A stretch of DNA of 64,000 nucleotides from Azolla caroliniana (lineage: Eukaryota > Plantae > Polypodiophyta). The notes beneath the pieces were generated by a model. The model did not search any database. It saw only the letters and a program-made list of their open reading frames with translations, and was not told the DNA's origin. The stretch is taken from the NCBI GenBank assembly GCA_043228905.1, contig JBHGNT010000017.1:9486001-9550000 (forward strand), read 5' to 3'. A program made the position numbers and the translations under genes. Shown here in pieces: positions 38,015-49,707 of this stretch. The first letter of the stretch is position 1, and each line of letters starts with the position of its first letter.

Positions 38015-41000
38015 TGTCGTGAAGATTTTCGTCCACGAGCGGAAACCCGAGCAACAAGAGCCAAAGAGCGATGTGCAACGTTGCACACGTACATAATGTA
38101 TTTGTAATAATAATAGGGGTAAAGGGTATGGTGCTAGAAATGCCCCATAAGATCCCTAAGGTATAAAGGCGATGTGGTCTTGTGCGCACATCCACGCGCG
38201 AGAGAGAGAGAGGTACTATGCGGTACATAGGTACCTAGTTGTTTGTGAGGAGGTGGGAGTTAAGGGGCCATCAATCTCACCCTCCCCCAAATCAAGGCAA
38301 ATATCCCCTTTGAATGAAAGGGGATATTTTAGTCTCGTTTTTGTAAACAGTCTTCCCTCCTTGTGCTATAAAAGGAGAGGGAAGGCACCATTGTGAGGGT
38401 TGCCTATTTTGAGTGTGCGAGGTATACCACATATGTCGAGCGTTAGGGTTAGGGTTAGGGTTTCTTCATCTTTATCTTCATCTTCGTCGGTTAGGGTTTC
38501 GAGTAGTCGTTTGGTGCGGCCTATGTGGCCACCATTTTGTAATCGTTCATTTCATTTTAATACATCTTGTTGTTCATCTTGTCTCCATCTCCCTCTTGTT
38601 CAATCTAGTCTCTTGTTCATTCTTCTTCTTCTTGAGCAAAGCTTCCATTCCGTGTCCGATTCCTTCTCCTCTACTCCTTAGTCCAAGACCCCCGTGGTCC
38701 CGCCCTTCTCCACGGACGCGCGTAGCAACGCGACATATTTGGTGAACCCGACGTGACGAGGCGGCAAGGGAGGAAGGAGATGGAAGCCGGAGACATCGTG
38801 GAAGTAATTAGGAGAATGGCAAGGGATTTCGCAAGAAGGAGAGAAAGACGGGAAGAGGCGTACAAGTATGATTGACGCGAGTTCGATCTATGGGTGTCGT
38901 CGGCAAAGGCTCCTCGAAGCGCAATGAAGGCATTCCGGGAGTTCGATCTCCGGTTTTCCCAACTTTCGGTCCGGGATCAAGAATCGGTGGAGGTGGACAA
39001 GGTCCCACTATTCTTGAAGTCGGTCAACGATAGGGGGAGAATGGCCATTTTTCCCTACCTCGAAGACGATGAAGGGGCGTACGGCCTCACCGAAGATTGG
39101 AACGAGGTGGAATGGGCGTGCATACAATGCGATGAGAGGCGGTCGGCCACAACACGGCCGGCGAGCGGCGGAGAAGAGAGAGCGGCAACCGACTACGCAC
39201 TACTGCCGGAAGAGAGCTCAACGCAAATCGGTTCGGAGGAGCTCGACATCGAAGCCTTGGTGCGGGAAGCGTATGAGATCGTAGAGGCACAAATCGAAGC
39301 CGAAGAAGGGCTTATTGCGGAGTCGGGCCCGAGCGGATCGGAGGATGAGGAGGCCGAAAGAGAATGGTACATCGGTACCACGGGAGAGGGTGCGGGACAA
39401 GCCACCCTCTCGACATGCGGAGAAAGATCGACCGAGGACGAGGTCGGGGACGGTGAGGCGGCGATCGCCGGTTCGAGCGGACATGAGGGAGTTCGGGCAT
39501 GGAAGCCCGAAACATCGAGCGGGGAGAAGACGGGTGGTGGTGCTGGGACCTTATGCACACCGGGCCTAGAGACTCCGGCAACCGGCCCGAGAGCCGGTGT
39601 GAGACCTAGAGTGACGGGCGGTGGCGGCGGCAAGGCGGGCGACCACGATGGTGACATGGGAGAGGGTGCGGAAAGAGCGACGCTCTTGTCTTGCGGTGAA
39701 TGGACGGCCATGGAGGCCGGTAACTACGGATTCGGGACATGGCGGCCTGAAACACCAAGTGAGGAGGAGACAAGCGGCGGTGCGGCGACCTTACACACAC
39801 CGGCCCTAGAGGCATCGGCGGTCGGCCCGATTGCTGGTGTGAGACCTAGAGCGATGGGCGGTGGCGGCGGCAAGGCGGGCAACCGAGACAACGGTAAGGA
39901 GACCGTGGAAGAGGAGGCAGCAAGCGTAATTGATGCTTGCATATATAGAGGCGGGGTAGCCACGGACGACGATGCCCGAATGGAGGTGGCTACGGGCATA
40001 GCATCGATGAGCGGCGGCGTTGCTACCTTACACGCACCGGTTCAAGAGACCCCGGCGGCCGGCCCGAGTGCCCGCATGAGACCTAGGGTAACGAACGGTG
40101 ACGGCGGCAAGGCGGGCGACCACGACGACGATGTGGGAGAGGGTGCGGAGCGAGCGACCCTCTCGACTTGTGGAAAGAGGACGGCCATGGATGAGGCCGA
40201 TATCTACGGAGCAATGGACGCCACTTTGAGAGTGGGCGAAAGTTTTGGGACGCGGTTGCCCGAAACGTTCTACGAGGATTTCGCGAGCATACTCGAGGCT
40301 TGCGAAATCGAGGAAGAAGAGGGGACGAGCGGCGGTGCTGCGACCTTCCACACACTGGTCCTAGAGACTCCGGCAACCGGCCCGAGAGCCGGTGTGAGAC
40401 CTAGAGAGACGGACGATGGCGGCGGCAAGGCGGGCAACCGAAATGACGAAGAGGAGGTTCGTAGCGGACGGAGGCGAGATCCCTCGGCACCGGGGACGGA
40501 GACTTCAACGGTTGCGCCCGAGCGCGGACATAAGACTAGAGAGATGGGCGGTGGCCGTGAGGATGAGAGGCCCGGAGTGGGCACGTGCGAAAAGACCGAA
40601 GGAGAGGTCCGGAGTGGCATCGAGGAGCGAGTCGGGAACCGACCCGACCGAAAGATAAGCCGGTCGGTAATCCGACCCGATCGGGAGACTTCGGCGGTTG
40701 CGCCCGAGTGCGGACATAAGACCGGAGAGATGGGCGGTGGCCGTGAGGATGAGAGGCCCGGAGTGGGCATGTGCGAAAAGACCGAAGGAGAGGTCTGGAG
40801 CGACATCGAGGAGCGAGTTGGGAACCGACCCGACCGAAAGATAAGCCGGTCGGTTATTCGACCCGACCAGGAGGCGGAGCGGAAGAAGAGTGAAGCGGGG
40901 TCCGGTCAACCGGGCCCAAACCGAAGAAGAACCGGCAAGGCTGGATTTGCGCGGACAAACATGTACCGGCCGGTTACGATTACGGAAGGGAGCCGACCAA

Positions 41001-43349
41001 ACCGGAACTCGATCGGCTGAGACCGATCCGGGCGAAGGCTAAGTCGGCATGATTGGAGATCGGGGAGGATGGGTCACAACACACGACGAGAGCCGGTGAG
41101 CGCATTGAGGAGGCCTAGTGGGCACGGTGATCACGGCTTGCTAAAAGACCGAGAGCGAGAGGGACCTTCCACGCCCATTCTAGAGACTTCGGCGGTTGCG
41201 GATCAACGTGAGACTGGAGAGACGGCGGGTGGCGGCGAGGAGTCGGAGGCCAAAGCGGACAAAGTTATCGGAGCGGGTATCCGGTATGAGATGATGGACG
41301 AGCGGGTCCAAGATGGCGAGCTCGGGTCGGAACAGGCTACGGTGACAAAGGAAGAAGTGGCCGACGCGGAGGTCGGGTCTACGGCGGATGAAGGGCATAA
41401 CACGAAGCATGCACTACGGTCGGTGAAGGGCCCAAGAACGAGCATGCATCTGAGAGAGCGTCAACGAGTGACCGGAAACGGTGGACCGATTGAGCCTTTG
41501 AGAGGCGAGGACTCGGTGGTGGACTGAGAGTGGGAGAAACCCTCCACACCTACCCGTGAGGCATCGACGGTTGCGGATCGAAAGGAGAACGAGGAAACGG
41601 TGGGTGGCGGCGCGGAGGTCGGGTCTACGGCGGAAGCGCGACACGAGACGCATGCAATACGGCCGGTGGAGGGCCAAGACACAAGCATGCATACGGCGGA
41701 TGGGTGACAACGATTGACCAACGATGATGGTCAGGTCAAGCCTTCGAGAGGCAAGCGCGGGACGAAGGACGGCACGGCGAAACACCAAGATCGACGACAT
41801 GGGCCGAGCGCGATCGGCATGAGTGGAGAGTCGTATCGAGGAAAACGGAGGAGATGCGCGGAGAACAACGGGGTACACACCGGGAAGAGAAAGCGCGGCG
41901 GCTTCCCGGAGGGCATACAAGGCCAAGCGGGCCAAGAGGGCGCAAGTCAAGGTGAGGCGATAACGAGATCCTCAAGGGACACCGACACGGAGGTCGGGAT
42001 GACGGTACGCTCTACGGCGAGAGAGCACGACGGGCAAAGGAGAGGCAAGGAATGCGGAATGGGGCCGCCTAAGGGCCAAACAATGGGCGCATATTCGGGG
42101 GACAACATCGTCGCATGGGAAGAGCCTACGGAAGGCAAGCGCGGAGCGGAGAGAGTCGGCACGCCGAGGTGTGCGACACGCAAAGGGCGGAATCCGACAT
42201 GTGACCGGGAGCGCATCCGGAGGATATACGAGGCGGACAAAGGAAGAGCAATCGGGTCGGCGACGGCGTTCGAGAGGACCGAACGGGGAGGAAAGCACAT
42301 GAATCGGATACGGCGGGTCGGATGTAGTCGGTGGTTCAAGGACCCACGGTGGACGTGGCGGATCGGGTGGAGGCAACGACTCGGCGAACATCGTCGAGCG
42401 TGGCGGATCGGATGGCGCTGACGGTTCAAGACCATTCGGCGAGGATGGTGGACCGGAAGACGGCGGTGGTTCGTGTGGACGGGGTGGTCTTGCTCGAAGT
42501 GGAAGACAAAACCGGGCGGGCCCACGAGGACGCTAAGGACTCAGCCGGTCGTCGTGGCCGAAAATCTCGTGTTCTCTCCCCTATGTTTTGGCACATACCG
42601 GTGCATGTGTGGTTAGGTGGGGGCGGATGTCGTGAAGATTTTCGTCCACGAGCAGAAACCCGAGCAACAAGAGCCAAAGAGCGATGTGCAACGTTGCACA
42701 CGTACATAATGTATTTGTAATAATAATAGGGGTAAAGGGTATGGTGCTAGAAATGCCCCATAAGATCCCTAAGGTATAAAGGTGATGTGGTCTTGTGCGC
42801 ACATCCACGCGCGAGAGAGAGAGAGGTACTATGCGGTACATAGGTACCTAGTTGTTTGTGAGGAGGTGGGAGTTAAGGGGCTATCAATCTCACCCTCCCC
42901 CAAATCAAGGCAAATATCCCCTTTGAATGAAAGGGGATATTTTAGTCTCGTTTTTGTAAACGGTCTTCCCTCCTTGTGCTATAAAAGGAGAGGGAAGGCA
43001 CCATTGTGAGGGTTGCCTATTTTGAGTGTGCGAGGTATACCACATAAGTCGAGCGTTAGGGTTAGGGTTAGGGTTTCTTCATCTTTATCTTCATCTTCGT
43101 CGGTTAGGGTTTCGAGTAGTCGTTTGGTGCGGCCTATGTGGGCCACCATTTTGTAATCGTTCATTTCATTTTAATACATCTTGTTGTTCATCTTGTCTCC
43201 ATCTCCCTCTTGTTCGATCTAGTCTCTTGTTCATTCTTCTTCTTCTTGAGCAAAGCTTCCATTCCGTGTCCGATTCCTTCTCCTCTACTCCTTAGTCCAA
43301 GACCCCCGTGGTCCCGCCCTTCTCCACGCACGCGCGTAGCAACGCGACA
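38015..43349 (+). mobile_element. Non-autonomous LTR retrotransposon (gag remnant, no pol), Phygy-like, tRNA-Trp PBS, apparent 4-bp TSD
   Basis: LTRs at 38015-38735 and 42628-43349 (about 8 substitutions and 1 indel by eye). PBS TGGTGAACCCGACGTGA at 38740-38756. G-rich tract before the 3' LTR. Flanks GCGC/ACGC. Confidence 0.92.
38894..41020 (+). CDS. Gag-derived ORF with long Gly/Glu-rich internally repeated tail
   Basis: 708-codon open frame. N-terminal FREFDLRFSQLS..DKVPLFLKSV..LEDDEGAYGLTEDW is gag-like, followed by four GGAATLHTP..GGGGKAG repeats and a ~186-bp tandem duplication. An upstream in-frame stop suggests decay. Confidence 0.5.
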   Translation: MSSAKAPRSAMKAFREFDLRFSQLSVRDQESVEVDKVPLFLKSVNDRGRMAIFPYLEDDEGAYGLTEDWNEVEWACIQCDERRSATTRPASGGEERAATDYALLPEESSTQIGSEELDIEALVREAYEIVEAQIEAEEGLIAESGPSGSEDEEAEREWYIGTTGEGAGQATLSTCGERSTEDEVGDGEAAIAGSSGHEGVRAWKPETSSGEKTGGGAGTLCTPGLETPATGPRAGVRPRVTGGGGGKAGDHDGDMGEGAERATLLSCGEWTAMEAGNYGFGTWRPETPSEEETSGGAATLHTPALEASAVGPIAGVRPRAMGGGGGKAGNRDNGKETVEEEAASVIDACIYRGGVATDDDARMEVATGIASMSGGVATLHAPVQETPAAGPSARMRPRVTNGDGGKAGDHDDDVGEGAERATLSTCGKRTAMDEADIYGAMDATLRVGESFGTRLPETFYEDFASILEACEIEEEEGTSGGAATFHTLVLETPATGPRAGVRPRETDDGGGKAGNRNDEEEVRSGRRRDPSAPGTETSTVAPERGHKTREMGGGREDERPGVGTCEKTEGEVRSGIEERVGNRPDRKISRSVIRPDRETSAVAPECGHKTGEMGGGREDERPGVGMCEKTEGEVWSDIEERVGNRPDRKISRSVIRPDQEAERKKSEAGSGQPGPNRRRTGKAGFARTNMYRPVTITEGSRPNRNSIG

Positions 43350-45249
43350 ACGCTGGAATCAGATTCGGAAGGGGGTTACAACGCGCACACGAACTATCAC
43401 AGCAGTAACGACACCCCAGGAGGACCGGAGGACGAGGAGTCGGATACATTACCGACACCGGAACCAGAGTTGGCAGACTAGGAACCTCCGACACTAGACG
43501 TGGAGCAACCTCTGGAGACGGAAAAAGACCGACAAAAACATCCAACACTGGAAGTCGAGCCAGCAACACCAAAGGAAGACCGGCAAAGACCTCCGGCGTC
43601 GACGGAACAACAGGAAAGACCACCGACACCACCAGTCCGCGTACCGACACCGGACGACGACATGTCGTTCCAGTACTCCAAGTATAGGGATGATCCAGAC
43701 GCGGAGGCTCATGTTCATGCGTTTCAACAAACATGGGAGGCGAACCATGTGTCACAACGGTTAACCGCGACAGAAGAGGAACAATCTAAGATAGCCAAAT
43801 TTGGTGTGACATTGGAAGGACCGGCCGCCAGATGGCACTGGACGCAGGATCGCAGCACCATCACCACCTTTGCGGACCTGAAAGACAAATTCTTGCACTT
43901 CTTCCAGAAGGAGGTGGACCAGTGAGAAATGGTGGGCTTATTTTATACCATCCGGCAGGACCCCGGGGAGAGCATCCCATAGTTTGTCATCCGGTTTCAA
44001 CGGATGCACAGTCACCTTACCCGCGCACCTCCGGAGGAAGAAACGCGGGCTATATTTTTAGCCGCACTCCGGGAACCTCTACCAACGGTATGCACGGTCA
44101 TTGACTTTCGCACAAGCACCGTTGAACAGGTCATCGACCGGGTTAGAGAAATGGAGAAAACGAGCTCTTGGCTAACAATGGGAGCCCTCCAATAAGCGTT
44201 ACCAACCGATGAGGATCTCCGGTTCCGGCAAGCAATCCAATGCACGATCTGCTTGAATTCTGGACACTCGTCACTAGAGTGCACCATGTGGACACACTGC
44301 TTACTCTGCCAATCTACGAGCCACACGATGGACCGGTGCAAATATAACCTATTGAATCGGCAAGCACCACCAGTCCGGCAAATCGAGCCACGTAGCAACC
44401 GAGACGAAGAAGACGAACGCTAGTGGCGAGAGGAGCAATATTGACCGACACAGGATGTTCGGTACGACGATCGGCGAGACAACTATGATCGATACAAGAG
44501 ATATGACAAGTATCGAGATTACAATGGGCGGTACGAGCATCACAACCAGGATCACTCCCCCGGGTATCACCAATGACGGGAAGATTACGGGAGATATGAC
44601 GACCAACCCCGTCAAGGGTACCGCAACAAAAAGAACTTTAATAAAAAATGACATTTCAAAAAAGGGAGCCACCCACATGAACCGGAAAAAGGCGCCTCAA
44701 GCAGCCAACTGGACCAAAGCCCTGCGGTTACCACAAGCCCTCCACCGTGTACAGGAAACAATGCCGAATCCAGCAATACCCGGAAAGCATATTGCTATTA
44801 TTGCCGGCAAGAAGGACATTACAATAATCAATGTCCGGCAAAGAGCTATGATAAGTGACTGGCAGTAAACATGGTAGTCGCCGAAGTCGCAGACCTACAG
44901 CAGGTCACCACAAGGTCGAAGGGCAAGACGACGGAATGGGAGACACAAGAAGCCATCCGGAAATAGGCAATGGAATGGGTGAAAAAGGCAAATGAGCGAA
45001 ACGTAGCAGAACTTGCGCAGCAAAAGGAGAGCACCGAAGAGCTTGCCGATGGCAGTCAGTTCGAAAACGCGACATGGCAAGTATTTCAGGAATGCCAGAT
45101 CACGCTGCCATTAGGACGACTCTTGCAGCTAGTACCAAGATTCACAGAAGGACTCAAGTCCGGCATGACGACAGGCGGAACACCACCGGCTCTGGCATTC
45201 TTCTCAAATCCGGAGGAGGGACCGACGGTGGTGGACACCAACAGTCCGG

Positions 45250-46620
45250 TGTCGTGAAGATCCGTCACTACACGCGGATCGTGAGGCGGAACCACCGGGG
45301 TTCTGGACCGGAAGGATTCAAAGTCGGTACAAGCTTTGGCGCAAGCTTTAGCGAGAAAGTACTTAAGATAGATTGGGAAAGAGAGAAGTTGAGATTACAC
45401 GATTGAGAGAGATTGATTGAACTTTGAACTTTAGATTTAAGAAACAAGTTACATGATCAATTTGATAACGAATTTCTTCTTCTTAATTTCATAACAAAAA
45501 AAAACGTGTTTTTTCTCCTCCCCCTTCCTTCTTTTATAGATGCTCTCATGCATATGATGCGTGTGAGGGTACAACATGTTTGCCATTTGGCACTTATGTA
45601 TTACATGTGGTGCATGATAACCATGTCACTCATTTTAGCTCTCATGTATGAGAATTTACATGTAAAAGTACAATGATAGAAATATAAATTCAACTAAATG
45701 GCATGGCTTAATGGTAAGCCAATTGACTACCTCCTAACTTGGAGGTGCAAGGTTCGAATCCTTACTTGCCCTCCTTGTATATGTATATATGTATAATTTA
45801 TATATTTATTTATCTAGTCGCCGGTTCGTCGGATGCCGTCGGTTACCGGTGCCTCGCCGGATACCGGTGCCGTCGTCGGTTGCTGCCGGATACCGTCGGT
45901 TACCGGTGCCTCACCGGATGTCGTCGTCTCATAGGCGCCGGATACTCGAATCCTTACTTGCCCTCCTTGTATATGTATATATGTATAATTTATATATTTA
46001 TTTATCTAGTCGCCGATTCGTCGGATGCCGTCGGTTACCGGTGCCTCGCCGGATGCCGTCGCCGGTTGCCGCCGGATGCCGTCGTCTCACCGGCACCGTC
46101 GGTTGCTGCCGGATACCGTCGGTTACCGGTGCCTCGCCGGATTTCATCGTCTCATAGGCGCCGGATACTGGTGCTGCCGCTGGATGCCGGTGCCGCCGCC
46201 GGATGCCGCTGGATCACCAGCTCCATCGCCGGTCCGGTTTTGGTTGGCCAAAACCCTTTACGAGTAGCTAGCCCATCTCCACTCTTAGTTCAAGTTACCT
46301 TGAACTCTCTATGCTCCACACATAGACATAAAGATAATATCTTTTGCTCTACCTTATATATGATGAGAGCCGTATTTGTCGTGCCTATGTGGGATATCTC
46401 ACAATTTTCTCTTTTTCTTTCACAACCTTTATACCCTAATATCTTGACATTTAGTTGTCCGTTTCTCGTGTAATAAAGTGCATTCGAAACCTCCATCATT
46501 TGTACTTAGATATTAAATTTATTTAAAATGTTATCTTCACAATTATTGTATTATGTGATTCATACTCGATTTTGTACATTTTATGGGATTTTCACACTAT
46601 TGCTGAAAATCTTCACGACA
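45250..46620 (-). repeat. 3' LTR (1371 bp) containing a tRNA-like module and a ~190-bp internal duplication
   Basis: 12-bp terminal inverted repeat; A/B boxes at 45704-45714 and 45751-45761; duplicated unit starting at 45754 and 45946. Confidence 0.75.
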
Positions 46621-46692
46621 TCCACCCCCACCAAACCGCATGTCCTCCGGTACGTGCCAAGAAGAGAGAAAGTGAGATTTCGGCTACGATGA

Positions 46693-47140
46693 TCAATTAG
46701 ATTCCTCCATGTCTTCATTTACATTCGCCCTATTATGTTCATCGTCGAGGTAATCGAGGTCAGGATCCTTGTCTTGTCTTTTCTTGAAAATCTTTACTCT
46801 TTTTCCCGCAATGGGTACGGCCAACCTTGATCCGTCTAGTTCCGCAAGGTGGTATGTGGCATTATCGTTGGCACTTGTCACCATATACGGCCCGAACCAT
46901 CTTCTTGTGAACTTCCTTGTTGTACTGTGTTGATTGTCAAGAGTGCCGTCGTAAACCAAAACCCAATCCCCTTCTTCAATCTTCTTGGGACGAAGTCGAT
47001 GCGTGTTTTCGAACTGAACTTTGTTCTTTACTCGGGCTGCCTTCATCATCTTTTGCGCTTTTTCTAAATCTTCAGGTCTTCTTTCAAGTTGCCTTATCCG
47101 CGCCGCTAATAACTCTTCTCGTCTCATCTCGTTCTCCCGA
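46693..47140 (-). pseudogene. Integrase C-terminal region of Phygy-like element
   Basis: LLAARIRQLERRPED..EGDWVLVYD..RRWFGPY..YHLAELDG..IAGKRVKIF. Confidence 0.8.
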
Positions 47141-49390
47141 TTCGGACAAATCCGGATCCGGCAAGACCGGTAAGGGTGGCCGACAAAACTCGCACTACGC
47201 AAAAGGATCTGGAGGATTTGGAACCGGAAAGGCCGGTAAGGGGCCAGCCTTGGTGATGAATCACAAGGCAAACTCAATGAAGAAGACCACTTCCAAAACG
47301 GAGAAAGTGTGGTATGTTGATTCCGGCGCGTCGAACCACATGACGAGCCACAAAGAGTGGTTCTCCTTTCTGGAGAAACCGGATCAACCAGGAGTAGTCG
47401 AAACCGGAGATGACACTCCTCACCCAATCGTGCACGTCGGAGAAGTCCCTCTAAGCCACGTCGGACAGAAAGGGAAGCTGATGAACGTATTACACGTTCC
47501 GACAATCACGAAGAACCTGGTGTCCGTCGGACAGATTGTCGACCAGGGGATGCAGGTGCGGTTTACGCACCTCGGGTGCTTCATTGAGGATGAGGGTGAA
47601 GTCATTGCGCAAGGGCGCAGAGACGGGAGGATGTTTATCCTCAACACCAATGACTTTGGCACCGCTCTATTCGCGAAATGACAGAAGGTCGAGTCGGACA
47701 TCGACCTGTGGCACAAGCGGATAGGCCACGTCAACTACCGGAGGCTTCAAGACCTGCAAATGAAACAAGTCGTTGTCGGTTTGCCGAAGTTCAGCGGCCG
47801 GAGAGCCGAAATTTGTGAAGCCTGCCAACTTGGGAAGCAACACCGGCTTCCATTCCCCACCGAACGGAACCGGAGCCGTAATAAGCTCGATCTCATCCAT
47901 TCGGATGTGTGGGGACCGGCACAAAGTGTAAGCCTTGGCGGGAGCCGGTACTTCGTCTCCTTCATCGACGACTATACTCGACATACTTGGATCTACCTCT
48001 TTGAGCAGAAGAGCGAAGTCTTCGACTGTTTCCGGAGCCTCCAGAAGATGGTGGAACGGGAATCGGAGAGGAAGATCAAATGCCTTCGGTCGGATGGCGG
48101 AAAGGAATATTTTTCCAGCCAATTCACTAGTTATCTGCAGCAGAAGAGAATTCGGCGAGAGTTCAGCTGCAGATACACACCGGAGCAAAACGGTGTGGCC
48201 GAAAGGAAGAACCGGACACTCGTCGAAGCGGCAAGAGCAATGCTGGAGGAGAAGAGCATGCCCCGGTTCTACTGGGCGGAGGCGGTCCGGACGGCCGTCT
48301 ACATACAAAACCGCATTGGTGACAAGGTGTCAGCTCATGAGCTGTATTTCGGGCGCAAGCCGAACTTAAGACACCTTCGGATATTCGGCAGCATAGCGTA
48401 TGTGCATGTGCCGGATCAGAAGCAGAGAAAGCTGGATGCAAAATCGGAAAAATGCATCCTAGTCGGCTATGCTCAAGAGCAAAAGGGGTATAAGTGCTAT
48501 AACCCCCGGACGAAGGAAGTCCGAGTTAGCCGGGATGTCGAGTTCGATGAATCGGCATCCTGGTACTCCGTACCGACTCCGACTTTCGATCCCGACCCAA
48601 TGCCGGAAGATCAGGCTAGTGAGCCTGAATCAGCCCTGGCAGAGGATGATGAAGCCGAGACTCAAGATGAGAGTCTGGAATCGTTACGGTTGAGTGGACC
48701 GAACGAGCGACTGAGTCGATTGGACCAGTCGGATGAAGAGACGGCAAGTGGTGGAGACTCTGCCGTGCTCTCCCCGCGCAAGGAACCGAGGAAACGGTTC
48801 ACGCGCAAAGAGAAGGGGAAGAGGAAGATGCCGGAATTCGAAACCGGCAACGATGAGTCGGATCGGTGCGTATCCGACTCCGGAAAGGAGAAAGGTGGAT
48901 CTTCGGCATCGAAGACCGAACTGGCCAAGAAGGGCCTCAAATCAAGTGACGGTGCGTTGCGCCGATCAACCCGCCAGAAGGATCCCGTCATGCGGTATGG
49001 GTACAATGAATACATGGCGCATCATTATGCGTAAATGACTAAGGTGACAGAAGTGCGTGAGCCGGAGAGCTACGCAGAAGCGGCAAAGGAAGCAAATTGG
49101 CGTGCCGCTATGGACGAAGAAATGCGGGCACTCGATGCCAACGAAACTTGGGACCTAGTTGATCCTCCCCGTCACTGTAAACCGATCGGATGCAAGTGGG
49201 TGTACAAGGTCAAGTACAACGCCGACGATTCTATTAACTGGTACAAAGCCCGGTTAGTGGCGAAGGGATATGCGCAGACCCATGGAATCGACTACGACGA
49301 GACCTTCGCTCCTGTGGCGAAGATGACGACGGTTCGTGTGGTACTGGTGGTTGCTGCGGCAAGGGGGTGGCATCTTCACCAGATGGATGT

Positions 49391-49662
49391 TGTTACCCCG
49401 TACGAGATGTACGGAGAGTCAAGTGTGATGATCGAGGGTCGAATGTTATCATGATGTTGTTGTGTATGTGTAGGAGGCATAAATGTAATTGTGAGTCTAT
49501 ACGTATGTGAACACATGCACACGTGTGTGCATGTGGATGGATACGAGGAGGTGTGAGTGAGTGTCCAGTATGAATGCTCAATGGGGCTTACACCCCTATG
49601 TATCTACCCCCTCTTGTACTATTTAACCCCTTATGGGGAATGAATGAAACATGAAATGAATC

Positions 49663-49707
<45 letters not shown>

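Larger units (their letters stand above)
37228..45249 (+). mobile_element. 5' part of Athila-like element (copy D): LTR 37228-37687, Arg-type PBS, degraded gag; hosts nested insertions
   Basis: LTR TGTTACCGG..ATTAACA is similar to 61610-62028. PBS TGGCGACCAC at 37695-37704. Gag MSFQYSKY.. with three CCHC; its end is collinear with the start of pol 54493. Confidence 0.85.

Noticed and set aside
41069-42720. Several 130-235 aa ORFs on both strands
   Set aside because: GC-rich degenerate interior of the non-autonomous element; no domains.
45701-45770. Functional tRNA gene
   Set aside because: A and B boxes are present but no convincing acceptor stem or 7-nt anticodon loop; it lies inside an LTR. 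The same applies to 15585-15646 and 19975-20040.
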